DNA from: a virus
Lineage: Duplodnaviria; Caudoviricetes
IMG/VR virus record: IMGVR_UViG_3300042924_005688
Span: 1-24,859 of that record
Length of the DNA stretch: 24,859 nucleotides
Strand: one strand, 5' to 3'
The notes beneath the pieces were generated by a model. That model saw nothing but the letters and a program-made list of their open reading frames with translations. It was not told the DNA's origin and did not search any database. The position numbers were made by a program, and so were the translations under genes. Shown piece after piece: positions 1-8,405 of the stretch. Positions within the stretch are counted from its first letter, which is position 1. The number at the start of each line of letters is the position of its first letter.

Positions 1-1031
1 TCGTCTTCGAGCGAATCCCAAATCCTGCGCACGTCAAACGCCGAAGCATTATGAGCGCTAGCAATATCCGCTACACCGGTCTGAATGTCAGCGCCAGAAC
101 CTGGGTTGGTTTCGTAAAACTCTTGCAGGGCTTTCTTAATTGCGCCATAACTAACGCGATTAAGGTCAGGCAGCTTTGCTCCTGATGCCCCCTTTATCGC
201 AACGGCTATTAAAGAACTGAGTTGTTCTGGTGGCATATCATCAACGCTTCCGCCGTCTGGCACTTCATAGATTGACTCAGCAGGAATAACCCGTAAGTCA
301 ATCTCAGCTAACTTGGCAGCGGCCAAGAATGATGCAGCCTTCTTTCTGCCAGGCGCATCATTATCGGCAATATAATAGACAGTCTTGATGCCAACCGTAG
401 CGAGTCCAGCATATCTAGCCCTACAACTTGCTTCGTCCCGCTGGTGGCCAGGGTGCGTAATTGCGGCGATTCCATTAGCGCGTAGAATCTCAACACATTT
501 TTCCCCTTCCACCTCTAGCGCTGACGTACTGCTGCCTGGATCTAGCGATCCATAGAAAGGCCAAGTATCAGGCCCAGACTCTGTATGCCAGCGCCCATTA
601 AAAAAAAATTGTGCCTGAAAATCCTTCTTTTTTTCGCCTTCATAATCATAGCGAATTGTGCGCAAGTCTTCCCTGTATTGATACGTTGTCGTCAGGCAAT
701 TTCCTTTCTTACCTACTGCCGGCACAGGGACTGTGGCTGGCTGCGGCTGGCAGGCTGGCAGCACATGGCCACTGGCGTTCTCCTGCTCGACGTGGATCAC
801 AAATATAGCCGCATCACGGCTGTCGTCTCTGGACTCTCCAGTGTAGGCCCATTGGCGGTTGGCAGCGTCGGTCAGTACCTGGCCCCTCCTCAGCCGTTCC
901 GGTGGCCCCAGGCTCTTGCCGCGATGGCAAACAACCACCTCACCATCTTGCCTGACGCGACAATCTCCGTCCTTTGTTCGACCGCAGATCGGGCAGGGGT
1001 TACGCTCGCTGGACTGGTTCCAACGCTCCAT
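1..1031 (-). CDS. DNA primase (N-terminal Zn finger + TOPRIM), partial; runs off left edge
   Basis: Not in the ORF track because no stop lies in the window. Manual translation from ATG 1031: MERWNQSSERNPCPICGRTKDGDCR..VCH (Zn finger), then LEVEGEKCVEILRANG..VYYIADNDAPGRKKA..GGSVDD (TOPRIM Glu and DxD motifs); open to position 1. Confidence 0.88.
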   Translation of the reverse strand, partial: MERWNQSSERNPCPICGRTKDGDCRVRQDGEVVVCHRGKSLGPPERLRRGQVLTDAANRQWAYTGESRDDSRDAAIFVIHVEQENASGHVLPACQPQPATVPVPAVGKKGNCLTTTYQYREDLRTIRYDYEGEKKKDFQAQFFFNGRWHTESGPDTWPFYGSLDPGSSTSALEVEGEKCVEILRANGIAAITHPGHQRDEASCRARYAGLATVGIKTVYYIADNDAPGRKKAASFLAAAKLAEIDLRVIPAESIYEVPDGGSVDDMPPEQLSSLIAVAIKGASGAKLPDLNRVSYGAIKKALQEFYETNPGSGADIQTGVADIASAHNASAFDVRRIWDSLED

Positions 1032-1058
1032 GCTAAAGTTTCCTGGTTAGTGAGTTCC

Positions 1059-1101
1059 AAAGGGGTCGGAATTGCTTGGCGGCGTTCCGACCCCTTTTTT
1101 T
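1059..1101 (+). terminator. 13-bp inverted repeat with T7 tract (terminator-like) in primase 5' region
   Basis: AAAGGGGTCGGAA (1059-1071) pairs with TTCCGACCCCTTT (1085-1097); T run 1095-1101. Confidence 0.6.
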
Positions 1102-1128
1102 GCGCCGCCTTGGTACGGCATGGTTCAG

Positions 1129-1161
1129 ATTATGGCACACTCCCGCGCCAAGCCGTAGAAT
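1129..1161. promoter_or_regulatory. Divergent sigma70-type -10 elements
   Basis: Minus strand TGTGC-CATAAT (hexamer 1134-1129) toward primase; plus strand TAGAAT (1156-1161) upstream of ATG 1188. Confidence 0.5.
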
Positions 1162-1187
1162 GGACAAGCATCGTAACAGGAAACCCC

Positions 1188-1340
1188 ATGATTGGCCGCC
1201 TTGCTGATTGGACCGCCCCTGAACAAGCTGGCCAAATAATCCCGCCGCCTGGCAGGATGGAAGCAGTAGCAGCTACACTGACGAGAACGGCAGCCAAAAA
1301 GGCAGCCGAATCCGCAGCCAAACTACCAAAAGGCAAATGA
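1188..1340 (+). CDS. Small hypothetical protein (50 aa)
   Basis: 3' part of track ORF 585..1340; ATG 1188 follows TAGAAT and an A/C-rich leader; its stop overlaps the next start (ATGA). Confidence 0.55.
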   Translation: MIGRLADWTAPEQAGQIIPPPGRMEAVAATLTRTAAKKAAESAAKLPKGK

Positions 1341-1807
1341 GCGATTCCGTTGAGCAAGTCTGGATTATTCCAGGCGACCCAAGTGACATGGCACCGTTGC
1401 CCGTACTAAGAAGAGGCGACGGCGCTTTCGCTGCCTATGATCGCAAAACGCAAACCTTTGGTCAATTTTCTTACAACTGGCAGGTTCCGCGTGACGACAA
1501 AGGGAGCGTCCTCTACTGGTCCACCTTTGAAGAGTGCCGCGCTGCTATGCTTGCGGAACGTTCAGGGCTTCTTGAGGAACTGAACGCAACATGCCGCGAA
1601 CTGGCGGCATCTATCGAGCACACGCGCACCATTCCATCGCAATCCTTCCCAAATGTCCAGCGAGAAGTACGAAAAGAGCAACAAGGGCAAGAAAAAGCCC
1701 AAGCCGAAAAAGCCCCCAATGCCGGGAAAGAAGTAAAGCAACCACTTGCTCAACCGCCATCGCGCAAGACTGGCGGCAAAGTCGATCCCAAAACCCCCAT
1801 CGCTTAA
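1337..1807 (+). CDS. Hypothetical protein
   Basis: 156-aa ORF, ATGA-coupled, operon-like packing. Confidence 0.7.
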   Translation: MSDSVEQVWIIPGDPSDMAPLPVLRRGDGAFAAYDRKTQTFGQFSYNWQVPRDDKGSVLYWSTFEECRAAMLAERSGLLEELNATCRELAASIEHTRTIPSQSFPNVQREVRKEQQGQEKAQAEKAPNAGKEVKQPLAQPPSRKTGGKVDPKTPIA

Positions 1808-1813
1808 TCAATC

Positions 1814-2080
1814 ATGCCTAAAGCACAAATCCGAGACGCGCACTTACCGTCTCCAGAAGTTTGCGACTGGTTGCTTTCCTTTGAATGGGCGGAACCAAAC
1901 GGCATCCACCTGGAGACGCCTGACTTTGAAGGCATCAGGGAGGACTCCTGTTATGCACGCACCGCGATTGGCGCCGATCACTGTATCGAATTTCTACTGC
2001 CAGTCGAAGCTCTGGAGTGTCTTGAGAAAGATGCGCAGGCCAGGATAGCGCACGCTCACTTTGAGCTACCATACGGTTAA
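1814..2080 (+). CDS. Hypothetical protein
   Basis: 88-aa acidic ORF, 6 nt after the previous stop. Confidence 0.7.
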   Translation: MPKAQIRDAHLPSPEVCDWLLSFEWAEPNGIHLETPDFEGIREDSCYARTAIGADHCIEFLLPVEALECLEKDAQARIAHAHFELPYG

Positions 2081-2105
2081 GGCCAGGCGCTAGGCAGACA
2101 CCTTG

Positions 2106-2144
2106 GGGCGGGCGTCATAAGTTCGCCCTTTTTTGTGCTAAGAT
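2106..2144 (+). terminator. Intrinsic terminator directly followed by extended -10 promoter
   Basis: GGGCGGGC-GTCATAA-GTTCGCCC-TTTTTT then TG-C-TAAGAT (2139-2144). Confidence 0.65.
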
Positions 2145-2175
2145 ACCAAGGCCCACACAACAAGCCAAGCGCACC

Positions 2176-2370
2176 ATGAAACGACTTTTTGCATTCCTGA
2201 TTAGCGGCTACTGGAACGAGCCTAAAGAGCATAAGCACGAATGGGAAACTTTTGCAGTAGTACCTGTTCACGAAATTCCCGACAATGGATCAAGGCGTCA
2301 AACGGGCTTTTCGTATCATTTGCGCTGTAAAACCTGTGGCGACATTAAATGCGTAAACTGCAGGGTCTGA
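2176..2370 (+). CDS. Small putative Zn-binding protein
   Basis: 64 aa with HxH (HKHEW) and CxxCG; downstream of the -10 at 2139. Confidence 0.65.
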   Translation: MKRLFAFLISGYWNEPKEHKHEWETFAVVPVHEIPDNGSRRQTGFSYHLRCKTCGDIKCVNCRV

Positions 2371-2414
2371 CGTAGCGCCATGCTATTATGGCGATGACCC
2401 TCGCTTCATCGCCA

Positions 2415-2915
2415 ATGAAGTCCATCCTTTCACTTGACCTTGGCACCACAACTGGATGGGCATTGCGAAGCCGCGATGGCTCGATTGTTTCAGGCAGTCA
2501 ATCGTTTAAGCCCGAACGCTTTGAAAGCGGCGGGATGCGTATTCTTCGCTTTAGCCGCTGGCTGACACAGGTTGCAGTCGAAACCGTAGAAGAACCTCGT
2601 CATCCTCTCGGTACTGAATTTATCGAAAAAACTTTAATTGACGTGATCGTATTTGAAGAAGTACGCAGGCATATTGGTACAGACGCTTCACATGTTTACG
2701 GTGGGCTGCTCGGCCAACTTGAAATGATGGCAGAGCTTAGGCAGATTCCATGCAAAGGCATACCTGTTGGCACAATCAAGAAACATGCTACCGGCAAGGG
2801 CAACGCCAATAAACTGATGATGATTACTGCCATGCAAGCGCTTGGCCATAATCCGGTTGACGATAACGAAGCAGATGCCTTGGCGCTGCTTCGTTGGGCA
2901 ATCGAGAGGTATTGA
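2415..2915 (+). CDS. RuvC-like Holliday junction resolvase
   Basis: ILSLDLGTTTGWA, VFEEV, IKKHATGKGNANK, DDNEADALA = RNase H-fold RuvC acidic tetrad. Start moved to ATG 2415 because TG-C-TATTAT (2384-2389) overlaps the track start. Confidence 0.88.
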   Translation: MKSILSLDLGTTTGWALRSRDGSIVSGSQSFKPERFESGGMRILRFSRWLTQVAVETVEEPRHPLGTEFIEKTLIDVIVFEEVRRHIGTDASHVYGGLLGQLEMMAELRQIPCKGIPVGTIKKHATGKGNANKLMMITAMQALGHNPVDDNEADALALLRWAIERY

Positions 2916-2918
2916 ACA

Positions 2919-3242
2919 ATGGCACAGCCACTAACCAAACAGTTTACAGATTTGAAATTTGTAGTTCACGCTACAATCGAGGAGCATTCAGTTGACTTTG
3001 TTGCTTACGACATCGAAGGCTTTTTTGGTGCGCGTTTAGACGCGCCTGCAATTAACGAGTCAGAGCCTTATCTTCATGGCACCGTAAAATGGGACGGCTG
3101 CAGCAACTGGTACTTCGACGAACAGGATAGGGTGATGCTGCATGGCTGCCAAAGAAGTGACTTAACACGCTTTGGCGAAGTGATGGCAGCGTGTTGGGAC
3201 TGGGCGTCCGAGCTTCTGGAGCCAACCTGGCAAGGCTCTTGA
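2919..3242 (+). CDS. Hypothetical protein
   Basis: 107-aa ORF 3 nt after the resolvase; G.VKWDGCSNW motif. Confidence 0.72.
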   Translation: MAQPLTKQFTDLKFVVHATIEEHSVDFVAYDIEGFFGARLDAPAINESEPYLHGTVKWDGCSNWYFDEQDRVMLHGCQRSDLTRFGEVMAACWDWASELLEPTWQGS

Positions 3243-3288
3243 CCCATTCTCTATACTTTCTCTTTTTCGCTCAATTCTGGCCGCAGCC

Positions 3289-3633
3289 ATGACCAATTCA
3301 CGCCTGACGTTTGGTGAAATGACGATCCTGGGCGAGTTGGCGATCTGGCCGCCAGGCTGCGACCCAGCCGATCACTTGACCCTGAAAATGGCGCTCGCGC
3401 TTGGCCAGCCACCGCATGGGACCGACCAGCTACCGCCACCATTCGCCATCGTGCCGGTACTGCTCGACGGGCAGGAAATCGGCCAAATGTTAAGAATCCA
3501 ATACGTTCCTGCCTACGGCCTGCAAGAACTGAAATACGAGTTTCGCTCGACAAGCGGTAGAACGCGAATTGTTTTCGATGATCGAGACGGAGTGTTAGAA
3601 CATCTTGAACAGGTGCTACAATTAACGAGTTGA
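3289..3633 (+). CDS. Hypothetical protein
   Basis: 114-aa ORF, co-directional packing. Confidence 0.65.
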   Translation: MTNSRLTFGEMTILGELAIWPPGCDPADHLTLKMALALGQPPHGTDQLPPPFAIVPVLLDGQEIGQMLRIQYVPAYGLQELKYEFRSTSGRTRIVFDDRDGVLEHLEQVLQLTS

Positions 3634-3651
3634 CCTTCAACCCAACACGTC

Positions 3652-4044
3652 ATGCAAGCACCAGCACCCAACGCAGCACCAGCCAGGCTCACTCCAGAAC
3701 AGATCCAGCAAGAAACCAGCAGGCTTGCCGCCAGACTGATGTACTTGCAAAATACGGAAAAACAAATCGCAGAAGAAGTTAAAAAAATCAAGGCAAAATG
3801 CGAAAGGCTGTACTCCGAGAATGCTATCCCTGCGAAAAACGACTTAGAGCTACTGTTTGACGATCAAAGCGTGCAAAAAGTACGCCTTAGCCGTCAAGAA
3901 ACTGGCACTTATTTTAAGCCAAATGAAGAATGCAAAGACGAATTTAACAACTTAAAGCGTCAGATAGAGGGACTGTTCCTTGATGCCGGCAAGGCAGAAA
4001 TGGCCGAGAAGGCAAGTACCTGGAAAGCGCAGGTGGTGAAGTGA
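3652..4044 (+). CDS. Hypothetical protein with N-terminal coiled coil
   Basis: 130 aa, A/C-rich leader, heptad-like N-terminus. Confidence 0.72.
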   Translation: MQAPAPNAAPARLTPEQIQQETSRLAARLMYLQNTEKQIAEEVKKIKAKCERLYSENAIPAKNDLELLFDDQSVQKVRLSRQETGTYFKPNEECKDEFNNLKRQIEGLFLDAGKAEMAEKASTWKAQVVK

Positions 4045-4238
4045 GTAACACTATTGGTACAAAGTTGGTCAACGGCCTAACGCCAGCCATCGAAAACGAA
4101 ACAATCGAAGTCTCTACGGATGACATTGAACAGTTTATGTTACGCCACTTTGCTAAGGGTGGCTGGGATGTTGACTTCAAGTGGCCGCCAGGGCAATGGC
4201 CTAAAATGATCGTACACCGGAGGAGGGAAGTGCAATGA
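4041..4238 (+). CDS. Hypothetical protein
   Basis: 65 aa, GTGA overlap with the previous gene. Confidence 0.6.
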   Translation: MSNTIGTKLVNGLTPAIENETIEVSTDDIEQFMLRHFAKGGWDVDFKWPPGQWPKMIVHRRREVQ

Positions 4239-4244
4239 ACGCCA

Positions 4245-5651
4245 ATGTTTGACCTTAGGGGATACCAAAACCCGTTAGTGCGCGAAACTATCGCGCACAT
4301 GAACGAGGGCGGGGCGCCTTGTTTGGTGTCCCCTACTGGCAGCGGCAAAACAGTAATGATGGCCGAAATCGCACGGCTTTACCGTTCATGGGGTTATCAA
4401 GTTGTGCTAGCTGCGCATCGCAATGAGATAATTAAACAGCTTGCCAAGTCATGCCGCAGTCACTGTAACGAGTCGGTCGGCTTCTACACTGCTAAGCGTG
4501 CAACAGAAGACAAGGGCATCATGGTGACGATGATGCCAACACTTGCCAGAAGACGTGATGCAATCTCCACCTTTCGTGGCAGGGTGTTTCTGCTGGACGA
4601 AGCGCATCATATTCAAGCGAAGACATACCAAGAGATCATTCGTGCAATGCAGCCGGTATTCTTTGCCGGTGCAAGCGCTACGCCGATTACTCCCACTGGT
4701 GCCGGCCTTGGCAAGTTTGGTATCACCAAGCTAATCCTTGGCCCACAACCCAAGCAGCTAATGGACGAGGGTTCATTGTGCAGATACAAGATGTTTGGTG
4801 GTGATACTGCTGTAGTCGATACAGAGGGTGTCACCATAAGAGGCGGAGATTTTAAGAAAGAAGAGATTGAAGAGCGCATCGTTAATGTGCAAGGCGATTT
4901 TCTGCGCGATCTGCTGCACTTTAATCCAGACTTGCAGCCTACAATTACAGTTACCGTCAGCGTAGAACACGCACACAAAATAGCCGCTGAGTACAACGCG
5001 CAAGGTGTTAGCGCTGAAGTTATTATCGGCACTACTTCAGAGCGTGATAGGGACTGTGCCTTTGAGCGCTTTACTGCCGGCAAGTTACAGGTAATTGTAT
5101 CAGTCGCCTTGATTGATGAAGGCTTAGACTTGCCGGCAGCAACGTGCCTGCAACTAATCAGGCCAACACGCTCTTTACGTTTGTGGAAACAGTTAATTGG
5201 CAGAGTATTGCGCACTGATCCATCTAATCCAGATAAGATAGCGCTGATTATTGACCATGGCAACTGCTGGGAGCGCTTACCATTGCCCCATGAACCTATC
5301 GACTGGACGCTAGAAGGCAAGGTTAAGTTTAAGAAGACTAAGTTTCACCTTAACGAAAACAAAGAAGTAGTTGAAAAACCAGAAAAACAAGAGCGAGTTA
5401 CGCTAGCCAAAGGTGACAGGAGAGAGTTGAAAGAGTTGTCCATTGAAGAGATATACGCAGAAAGAATCAAAAAGCGTGTTAAAGGTGCCAATCGTAATTT
5501 GCACCTTGTCGAGCGCAAGGGCTGGAGTCCGGTGATCCTTAACGCATTCGCCAGCTCTCCAGAGGGACTTAGCAACGATCAGCGGCGCCGTATCGAGCGT
5601 GCCATGAGCTTGCCTTATGGCCACTGCGGCGAAGCGGAGCTATGTTACTAA
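4245..5651 (+). CDS. Superfamily 2 (DExH, ResIII/SSL2-like) helicase
   Basis: Walker A SPTGSGKT, DEAHH, SAT, motif V EGLDLP, motif VI QLIGRVLR. Confidence 0.95.
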   Translation: MFDLRGYQNPLVRETIAHMNEGGAPCLVSPTGSGKTVMMAEIARLYRSWGYQVVLAAHRNEIIKQLAKSCRSHCNESVGFYTAKRATEDKGIMVTMMPTLARRRDAISTFRGRVFLLDEAHHIQAKTYQEIIRAMQPVFFAGASATPITPTGAGLGKFGITKLILGPQPKQLMDEGSLCRYKMFGGDTAVVDTEGVTIRGGDFKKEEIEERIVNVQGDFLRDLLHFNPDLQPTITVTVSVEHAHKIAAEYNAQGVSAEVIIGTTSERDRDCAFERFTAGKLQVIVSVALIDEGLDLPAATCLQLIRPTRSLRLWKQLIGRVLRTDPSNPDKIALIIDHGNCWERLPLPHEPIDWTLEGKVKFKKTKFHLNENKEVVEKPEKQERVTLAKGDRRELKELSIEEIYAERIKKRVKGANRNLHLVERKGWSPVILNAFASSPEGLSNDQRRRIERAMSLPYGHCGEAELCY

Positions 5652-5702
5652 ATGTTAAGAGATTGAAACACAGCGCAGCAGGGGTCGCTAACACGCTATG
5701 CT
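5644..5702 (+). promoter_or_regulatory. Cassette element 1 (box + -10)
   Basis: GTTACTAA-AT-GTTAAGAG (5644-5661, overlaps helicase stop), TATGCT 5697-5702, then TACATTGTTCAA. Confidence 0.7.
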
Positions 5703-5738
5703 TACATTGTTCAACCAACAACCAACCACGAACCACTC

Positions 5739-5897
5739 ATGGACCTGCAAACCCTTCACGACACTGTTGGAGCCTTAGCCGATTTAGTAGTCATTTTTGA
5801 ACTTAGCATGATTGCAATTATTTCTCTTCTTTCTGCGGCAGGCATTGCCAAAGTTCAAGTTGACTTTGACTTTAACTCTGGCAAGAATCAGGACTGA
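5739..5897 (+). CDS. Small membrane protein (52 aa)
   Basis: Below track cutoff: MDLQTLHDTVGALADLVVIFELSMIAIISLLSAAGIAKVQVDFDFNSGKNQD; first ORF after element 1. Confidence 0.6.
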   Translation: MDLQTLHDTVGALADLVVIFELSMIAIISLLSAAGIAKVQVDFDFNSGKNQD

Positions 5898-5935
5898 AAC
5901 CTAATTACACCAACCATCCCTTTACCAACCGCCCC

Positions 5936-6634
5936 ATGTTAACTAGGAATTTCGATCAACTTTCAAAAGAAGTCAAGCATCATGTCGCGTGTGACGCAAT
6001 CCAGCAAGACTGCTACTGGGATGGTTCCCGTGGTTGCTTTATTGGCTGTCTGTCGCATTCTAGTGACACAGCCAAGGTTCAAGATGAATATGGCCTACCA
6101 ATTATGTTGCAGCGAATTGCTGAAAGCATCTTTGAGTCACTGCCACTAAAAGAGGCGCAAGCCTTTTTTGCAGCGTTCCCGACTGCCATTAAGTGCGACA
6201 ACAAAGACCTGAGCAAGGTTGGATGGCAGTTTTTAGCATCGGAGCTGCGGTCATTACCGCCCCAGCCAGCCGAGATCACCGCAGTCATTGAACCAGTCGT
6301 CGTTGGCATGGATCTTCTGGCGGCGGGGCAAGAATGGCCCGCCGCCGCCGCCGCCGCCGCCTACGACGCCGCCCGCGCCGCCTACGCCGCCGCCTACGCC
6401 GACTACGCCGCCGCCCGCGCCGCCGCCGCCGCCTACGCCGCCGCCCGCGCCGCCTACGCCGCCGACGCCGCCGCCTACGCCGCCTACGCCGCCGACGCCG
6501 CCGCCTACGCCGCCGACGCCTACGCCGCCGACGCCGCCGACGCCTACGCCGCCGACGTCCGCTTGCGTCAGCGTGATTTGCTTTTGAAACTTATTACAGA
6601 AGCGCCAATCGCCCCTTCGCCAATCGCCCCATGA
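5936..6634 (+). CDS. Phage protein with Ala-rich low-complexity insert
   Basis: Globular N-terminus (WDGSRGCFIGC..H..IFESLP) plus a 72-codon Ala/Tyr/Asp/Arg tract and a short C-terminal helix. Confidence 0.8.
   Translation: MLTRNFDQLSKEVKHHVACDAIQQDCYWDGSRGCFIGCLSHSSDTAKVQDEYGLPIMLQRIAESIFESLPLKEAQAFFAAFPTAIKCDNKDLSKVGWQFLASELRSLPPQPAEITAVIEPVVVGMDLLAAGQEWPAAAAAAAYDAARAAYAAAYADYAAARAAAAAYAAARAAYAADAAAYAAYAADAAAYAADAYAADAADAYAADVRLRQRDLLLKLITEAPIAPSPIAP
6341..6556 (+). repeat. GCC-based coding minisatellite
   Basis: 216 nt made only of GCC, TAC, GAC and CGC codons. Confidence 0.95.
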
Positions 6635-6729
6635 TTCCTGTTCTTCAAAACCTGGCTCTCCTGATCGCTCTTCTCTGCCTGTCAGCTTGTGTTTTTGTTT
6701 TTGTCGAGAGTACACTTAACCGACAATGA
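6631..6729 (+). CDS. Membrane micro-protein (32 aa)
   Basis: MIPVLQNLALLIALLCLSACVFVFVESTLNRQ; ATGA overlaps at both ends. Confidence 0.62.
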   Translation: MIPVLQNLALLIALLCLSACVFVFVESTLNRQ

Positions 6730-6845
6730 CACGCTTTCTCGCCGTTATTCTTGCTATCTTGATAGCGGCGAGCTTGCTTGGCAGGAGCAACCTGCCGCAA
6801 CGCTTCACTGAACATTTATCCAATTCTTGTTTTTGCCAAAAATGA
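6726..6845 (+). CDS. Membrane/signal-peptide micro-protein (39 aa)
   Basis: MTRFLAVILAILIAASLLGRSNLPQRFTEHLSNSCFCQK; ATGA overlaps at both ends. Confidence 0.62.
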   Translation: MTRFLAVILAILIAASLLGRSNLPQRFTEHLSNSCFCQK

Positions 6846-7177
6846 CAACCTTCGACCCTAACAGCATCACCAAGTCGCTAAGCTCTGCCGCACTAGAGAC
6901 GCTGCTTGCCTCTGCAAAGATACACTGCCGCCAGGAATGGGGCAATGTCAACGATCCGCCATGTCATCCCGAAGACAATGGCTGGAAAGGCTGTAGAACA
7001 TGTATCGACGCCCCCGCGACCGCCGCAACCCTACGAGTTGCCGTAGACCAAGCCGACTCATTGATGAAGCGTTGTGGCTCCCCGCAGCAAGCGGAGGGTC
7101 GCTCTGACGTGTTTGATGCCTTCAGGGAAATTGCTACGGAACTGGAAGGCTTGACATCTATTCCCTGCAAAGCATAA
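6842..7177 (+). CDS. Hypothetical protein (Cys-containing)
   Basis: Start moved to ATG 6842 (ATGA overlap); contains CRTC. Confidence 0.7.
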   Translation: MTTFDPNSITKSLSSAALETLLASAKIHCRQEWGNVNDPPCHPEDNGWKGCRTCIDAPATAATLRVAVDQADSLMKRCGSPQQAEGRSDVFDAFREIATELEGLTSIPCKA

Positions 7178-7347
7178 TGATAGAACGATTCAATCTCTGG
7201 CTTACCGAACCGGCAGGCTCGAAGATCCTTTGCTACGGGGATCAATCCGACATGGACGAGCTTGCTGCGTTTGGCACCAAACTTGGCCTTAACGTCGAAG
7301 TTCGGCCTGACAGGCAATTAACCGACTCACCCCAGGAAGACCCATGA
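7177..7347 (+). CDS. Small hypothetical protein (56 aa)
   Basis: TAATG-coupled; MIERFNLWLTEPAGSKILCYGDQ..; fills the gap exactly. Confidence 0.6.
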   Translation: MIERFNLWLTEPAGSKILCYGDQSDMDELAAFGTKLGLNVEVRPDRQLTDSPQEDP

Positions 7348-7502
7348 ACAAGCGCAGCATGGTAGCAGCCGTGCTATTATTGCTTAGCGGTTCTACCGCC
7401 GTCCTACATGTTTCCGCCATTCTTTTTCTTTCCGCAATCCTGTTTCTCCTACCATGGAAAAAACTTTTAACTTCGACAACATTCCAGATGAGGCAACGCT
7501 AG
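7344..7502 (+). CDS. Hydrophobic micro-protein (52 aa)
   Basis: ATGA-coupled; MNKRSMVAAVLLLLSGSTAVLHVSAILFLSAILFLLPWKK..; overlaps the next gene by 49 nt. Confidence 0.45.
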   Translation: MNKRSMVAAVLLLLSGSTAVLHVSAILFLSAILFLLPWKKLLTSTTFQMRQR

Positions 7503-7783
7503 AGGCAGAACTTAAGGATCTGCGGTTCCCCCTTACCGTTGAGATCCGGCAGGGTTGTTGGCGGGCGACCCGTTGCCCTAATGGGTCGCATTATCCCGTC
7601 AATGAAATACTAGACCCTAACAGCCTTTATGAACTTAACGCTTTACTCGAAAATGGCAAGGCTGATGGTTGGTTAAAAGATCAAGCAATGGTGATGATCT
7701 GCGAAGAATGGGAAGAGGAGGATTTAGGCCCAGAGCCTAGCCTGAGCGCAGCAGAGCGTAATCCATCCATGGTAGGCAAGTAA
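7454..7783 (+). CDS. Hypothetical acidic protein
   Basis: 109 aa, CCATG context, ends PSLSAAERNPSMVGK. Confidence 0.72.
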   Translation: MEKTFNFDNIPDEATLEAELKDLRFPLTVEIRQGCWRATRCPNGSHYPVNEILDPNSLYELNALLENGKADGWLKDQAMVMICEEWEEEDLGPEPSLSAAERNPSMVGK

Positions 7784-8086
7784 ATGAAAGTTTCTACTGA
7801 GTGCTCTATCGAGAGTTTCGATTTCACGGTTACGTTTGCAATCAGCGAATATAGATGGAAAGAGTTTCTTTATGACAGATATGGTTCCGCCGCCTACAGT
7901 CACCCTTCTGTTGACCATAACCTGCGCAGCAATGATCCAGTCGGGTCGATGCTACGGCTTCTCAGAGAGTTCTACCTCTGGGAGTCAACCGTGCATTCGA
8001 GGGTGCAAAAAGTCAACGTCGAAACAGTAGAACCTACCACGCCAATCCTTCCCCCTGCCACCAAAAACAATCATGGATTACTCTGA
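7784..8086 (+). CDS. Hypothetical protein
   Basis: 100 aa, abuts the previous stop. Confidence 0.65.
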   Translation: MKVSTECSIESFDFTVTFAISEYRWKEFLYDRYGSAAYSHPSVDHNLRSNDPVGSMLRLLREFYLWESTVHSRVQKVNVETVEPTTPILPPATKNNHGLL

Positions 8087-8405
8087 ACTTATTAAAGCGA
8101 TTAAGGCCGGCGAATGCCCAAAGTTACTGCCAAATTCATCGCTTATGCTTAGCTACAAGTCGGAACCTGTTGAAGTCCGGGAAGGCTCAATGACTACAGG
8201 TGACGGTAGTTTTGAGTTATACCGCTTTGGAGTCGGCAGTTACTTTGTCATGTCCAGTGACTTTTTTGTTTGTACTGCACTTGAGGGGGTAAAGTCGGGA
8301 GAATTTCTTATTAAGTTTATTAAAGTTTGCTCAACGCTTAAGCTCATTCTGGAGCTTGTGAGGCGCTTAGAGCACTCGATGAAGCGAGAGCAGCAGGCAT
8401 GGTAA
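8073..8405 (+). CDS. Hypothetical protein
   Basis: 110 aa, short overlaps on both sides. Confidence 0.65.
   Translation: MDYSELIKAIKAGECPKLLPNSSLMLSYKSEPVEVREGSMTTGDGSFELYRFGVGSYFVMSSDFFVCTALEGVKSGEFLIKFIKVCSTLKLILELVRRLEHSMKREQQAW

Noticed and set aside
585-1340. 251-aa plus-strand track ORF
   Set aside because: Mostly antisense to the primase and crosses a terminator and promoters; only 1188-1340 kept.
2066-2083. Possible tenth cassette box (CTACCATA-CG-GTTAAGGC)
   Set aside because: First half-site out of register and 57 nt from the -10, outside the 29-40 nt pattern.
6254-6715. Poly-Pro, poly-Arg and poly-Gly ORFs
   Set aside because: Alternative frames of the stop-free GCC repeat; the Ala frame is continuous with a globular protein.
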